Shown here one piece after another: positions 33,331-35,625 of a stretch of 35,625 nucleotides of DNA. How positions within the stretch are numbered: the first letter of the stretch is position 1; each line of letters starts with the position of its first letter. The notes under the pieces were generated by a model. The model searched no databases and was not told where the DNA came from. It saw only the letters and a list, made by a program, of their open reading frames with translations. Both the position numbers and the translations under genes were made by a program. The stretch covers positions 2,375-37,999 of the forward strand of contig JALUAR010000215.1 in NCBI GenBank assembly GCA_027050975.1, written 5' to 3'. The stretch comes from Thermodesulfovibrio sp. (GTDB lineage: Bacteria > Nitrospirota > Thermodesulfovibrionia > Thermodesulfovibrionales > JdFR-85).

Positions 33331-33552
33331 ATGACAGTTTTACCCTCACAAATAAACTCCATGCTCAAGTTATATACAAAGTTCTCCCGTGATCAGAACA
33401 ATCCCTTTGATTCGACAGATATACCTACAGCCTCTGAACCAGAGGATAAGGTACATATCTCTGCTGAGGCAAAAAAACGACAGATTCAGGAGCAGACAAA
33501 GAATGAAGTGATGAAGCGGATAAAGGAGACAGTCATTGGTGGAAAGAAATAA
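33331..33552 (+). CDS. flgM: short FlgM-like anti-sigma-28 factor candidate (73 aa)
   Basis: DKVHISAEAKKRQ matches the conserved FlgM D.V.LS..A motif (B. subtilis DKIEISSQAKEMQ). The following EVMKRIKETVIGG resembles EKI..LK..I..G.Y, but the protein ends there. The sigma28 promoter upstream fits a class III flgM. Confidence 0.45.
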   Translation: MTVLPSQINSMLKLYTKFSRDQNNPFDSTDIPTASEPEDKVHISAEAKKRQIQEQTKNEVMKRIKETVIGGKK

Positions 33553-34141
33553 TTTCCGGATACTCGTTATCGACGACGACGAAATAGCAAGAGATGTGGT
33601 AGTGAGTCTCCTTTCCAAAGAGGGGTTCTCTGTCCAATCAGCCAGGGACGGTATCGAAGGAATAATGGCTATCAGGAGTACCGACTTTGATCTTATAATA
33701 ACAGATCTTAAAATGCCCGGTGCTGATGGAATTGAGGTTTTGAAGGAGGCAAAACGTCTTCGGCCTGATGCTGCCGTTGTTATACTAACTGCATATGGCA
33801 CCCTGAATAATGCCCTTGAGGCAATACAGCTGGGGGCTTACGACTATATAACCAAACCTTTTAAACTACAGGAACTTTTAATAGTTGTTGAGAATGCAAA
33901 GAAGCGCGCGGAACTTGTTAAAGAAAATGAAGAACTAAGAGAGCATCTGAGAAACACTTACCGTGACCTTGAAATGATTGATTCCATAGGAAAAAGCCCG
34001 GATCCTGAACTAAAGATTAGTATATTAGAAAGAATGGCAAGATTAAAGGAACTTGGAATTTTGAACGATACAGATATAGAGATCCTTAAAGAAAGAATTA
34101 TAGGGGGCAGAACAAGTGCCAAGGGTTTTAGTGGTAGATGA
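33536..34141 (+). CDS. CheY-like response regulator receiver protein with a C-terminal coiled-coil tail
   Basis: ILVIDDDE...DLIITDLKMPGADG....K......V.ILTAYG.......A...GA.DYITKPF is a complete REC motif set. The start is TTG at 33536, 7 nt after AAGGAG. Confidence 0.85.
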   Translation: MVERNNFRILVIDDDEIARDVVVSLLSKEGFSVQSARDGIEGIMAIRSTDFDLIITDLKMPGADGIEVLKEAKRLRPDAAVVILTAYGTLNNALEAIQLGAYDYITKPFKLQELLIVVENAKKRAELVKENEELREHLRNTYRDLEMIDSIGKSPDPELKISILERMARLKELGILNDTDIEILKERIIGGRTSAKGFSGR

Positions 34142-35603
34142 TGAGGATGTGGTAAGAGATGTACTCTCAAAGATGATAGAAGCCATTGGTCCGTTTGAGA
34201 CGGACACTGCTTCTGATGGGATAGAAGCCCTGGATCGCCTTAAAGAAGGACATTATGACATCGTATTTACTGACCTGAGAATGCCTCGGCTTGGTGGCTT
34301 TGAATTCATGAAAGAGGCTCGGGAGATATCTCCTACTGTGCCTTTTGTTGTTGTTACTGCTTTGTCGCATCTGGATACGGCCATAAACGCATTAAGAGAT
34401 GGTGCCTCGGATTTTATAACAAAACCTTTCAAATACGATGACATCAGACGTGTTCTAGACCGTGTGAACCGGGAAAGAAGTATACTCAAATCGCTTGATG
34501 ATAACGGAAATCGGGATGGCGCAGTAAGATTGCTCAATTCGGAACTTTTCAGAAAACTAAACGAAATAAATCTTCTCTTTACATTATCATCCGAACTGGA
34601 TGAAATAACCGACAATAGCGAGATACTTCAGAAACTCCCTTCAATGATTGCAAAGCTGTTAAGAGCCAACTGTGTAATACTCCGTGCCATCGAGAATGAT
34701 TACTTAATAAGCAGAAGCTGCTTTGGCCAATCTATTGTGGAACCTATACGGCTGCAGGGGTCGATTTTCGAAAAGGTTTTTAATGATGGCAAATACATGT
34801 TACTTGAACTCGGAGAGCTAAGCCCTCTTGACAGAACACCGTTGAATTCAGAAATGCTTATAGTGCCTATAATGCTTCATGAAGAGGTCTTTGGATTTAT
34901 AGTTATAACCGACAAGATCGACGGATATCGTTTCAGTGAAGACGTTATTAATCTTGTCCTTACCCTCATACACAAGGCATCCCTGAGGCTTGAAAATAAC
35001 GCCCTTTATGAGATTACGTACAATAATTTATTAAACACACTTAAGACCCTGGTCCTAACAATTGAGGCAAGAGATTCCTATACGAAACAGCACTCGGAAA
35101 ATGTTACGGATATAGCACTTGAGATTGCCGAGGTTGTGGAGTGTACTCAAGAAGAAAAGGATGCCCTGAAATTTGGAGGATATCTCCATGACATTGGCAA
35201 GATAGGAGTTCGTGACACCATTTTACTAAAACCTGCAAGATTAACCTCCGAAGAGTATGAAGAGATAAAGAAACACCCCTTGATAGGTGATACTATTGTT
35301 GCTCCTCTGGGCTCTTTACCGTTAGAAAGGCTTTTGATAAGACATCATCATGAACGATTTGATGGGAAAGGCTACCCAGATGGCCTGGCTGGAGAAGAGA
35401 TTCCTCTCATAGCACGTATTCTTGCCGTAGCTGACACGTATGACTCAATGACTACAAACAGACCATATAGAAAGGGGCTATCCCATCAAATCGCAATTGA
35501 CGAGATTAAGAGATGTTCGGGTACACAGTTTGATCCTGCAATAGCCCGAGCATTTTTAAATACACCTACTGCGAGGAGAGGGCTCAATCATGATAAAGCT
35601 TAA
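34116..35603 (+). CDS. REC-GAF-HD-GYP protein (response-regulator c-di-GMP phosphodiesterase family)
   Basis: VLVVDDED...DIVFTDLRMPRLGG...VVVTA...ITKPF is REC. The central part is GAF-like. HSENV....GGYLHDIGKIGV...KHP..G......HHERFDGKGYPDGL......IARILAVADTYD.MT..RPYR is HD-GYP. The start is GTG at 34116 after AGGGGG. Confidence 0.88.
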   Translation: MPRVLVVDDEDVVRDVLSKMIEAIGPFETDTASDGIEALDRLKEGHYDIVFTDLRMPRLGGFEFMKEAREISPTVPFVVVTALSHLDTAINALRDGASDFITKPFKYDDIRRVLDRVNRERSILKSLDDNGNRDGAVRLLNSELFRKLNEINLLFTLSSELDEITDNSEILQKLPSMIAKLLRANCVILRAIENDYLISRSCFGQSIVEPIRLQGSIFEKVFNDGKYMLLELGELSPLDRTPLNSEMLIVPIMLHEEVFGFIVITDKIDGYRFSEDVINLVLTLIHKASLRLENNALYEITYNNLLNTLKTLVLTIEARDSYTKQHSENVTDIALEIAEVVECTQEEKDALKFGGYLHDIGKIGVRDTILLKPARLTSEEYEEIKKHPLIGDTIVAPLGSLPLERLLIRHHHERFDGKGYPDGLAGEEIPLIARILAVADTYDSMTTNRPYRKGLSHQIAIDEIKRCSGTQFDPAIARAFLNTPTARRGLNHDKA

Positions 35604-35625
35604 ACCCGACAGCAGGGTACATATA

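Noticed and set aside
1-35625. CRISPR arrays, rRNA or tRNA genes, riboswitches (THF upstream of the fol genes, c-di-GMP near the HD-GYP gene), and toxin-antitoxin or defence-system genes.
   Set aside because: There are no spaced direct repeats and no cloverleaf-like or rRNA-like segments. The intergenic regions near the fol genes are 12-63 nt, which is too short for a riboswitch. No nuclease, helicase, methylase or defence signatures were recognised in any ORF.

Overview
The window appears to come from an anaerobic, flagellated bacterium, and the taxon cannot be fixed from the sequence alone. All family calls rest on motifs I recognised in the translations, because no database search was possible. 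There are three blocks. (1) 1..5367 holds housekeeping C1/folate genes on the minus strand: a partial MetV-like gene, folD, folE, a 5-formyl-THF cyclo-ligase and a CooC-type Ni-insertion ATPase. It also holds an amidohydrolase-fold gene and a PaaK-type acyl-CoA ligase. (2) 5427..9024 is a late flagellar filament operon, fliC-flaG-fliD-fliS-flgN/fliT-like. It sits behind a near-consensus sigma28 promoter and a leader with CsrA-type GGA sites. (3) 9161..33174 is the main item: about 24 kb of 16 co-directional, translationally coupled genes. They lie between the filament genes and a second, near-identical sigma28 promoter that drives a short flgM-like gene, a REC protein and a REC-GAF-HD-GYP protein. 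The block encodes at least 9 glycosyltransferase domains: two GT2, three GT4-like, one GT9 and three CgeB-like. It also encodes about 5 methyltransferase domains, TPR modules, a DegT aminotransferase, a sulfotransferase, a radical SAM enzyme with a partial SPASM domain, a WbqC-like protein and an AsnB-like amidotransferase. It has no recognisable nonulosonic-acid pathway and no canonical Maf catalytic domain. I read it as an atypical, probably undescribed flagellin/filament glycosylation system built from multidomain enzymes. Two of these join a Maf-N-terminal-like module to a CgeB-type GT domain. One carries an in-frame 20-nt poly(A) tract exactly at a domain junction, which is a candidate ON/OFF or slippage switch. 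No tRNA, rRNA, CRISPR array, transposase or integrase was seen.
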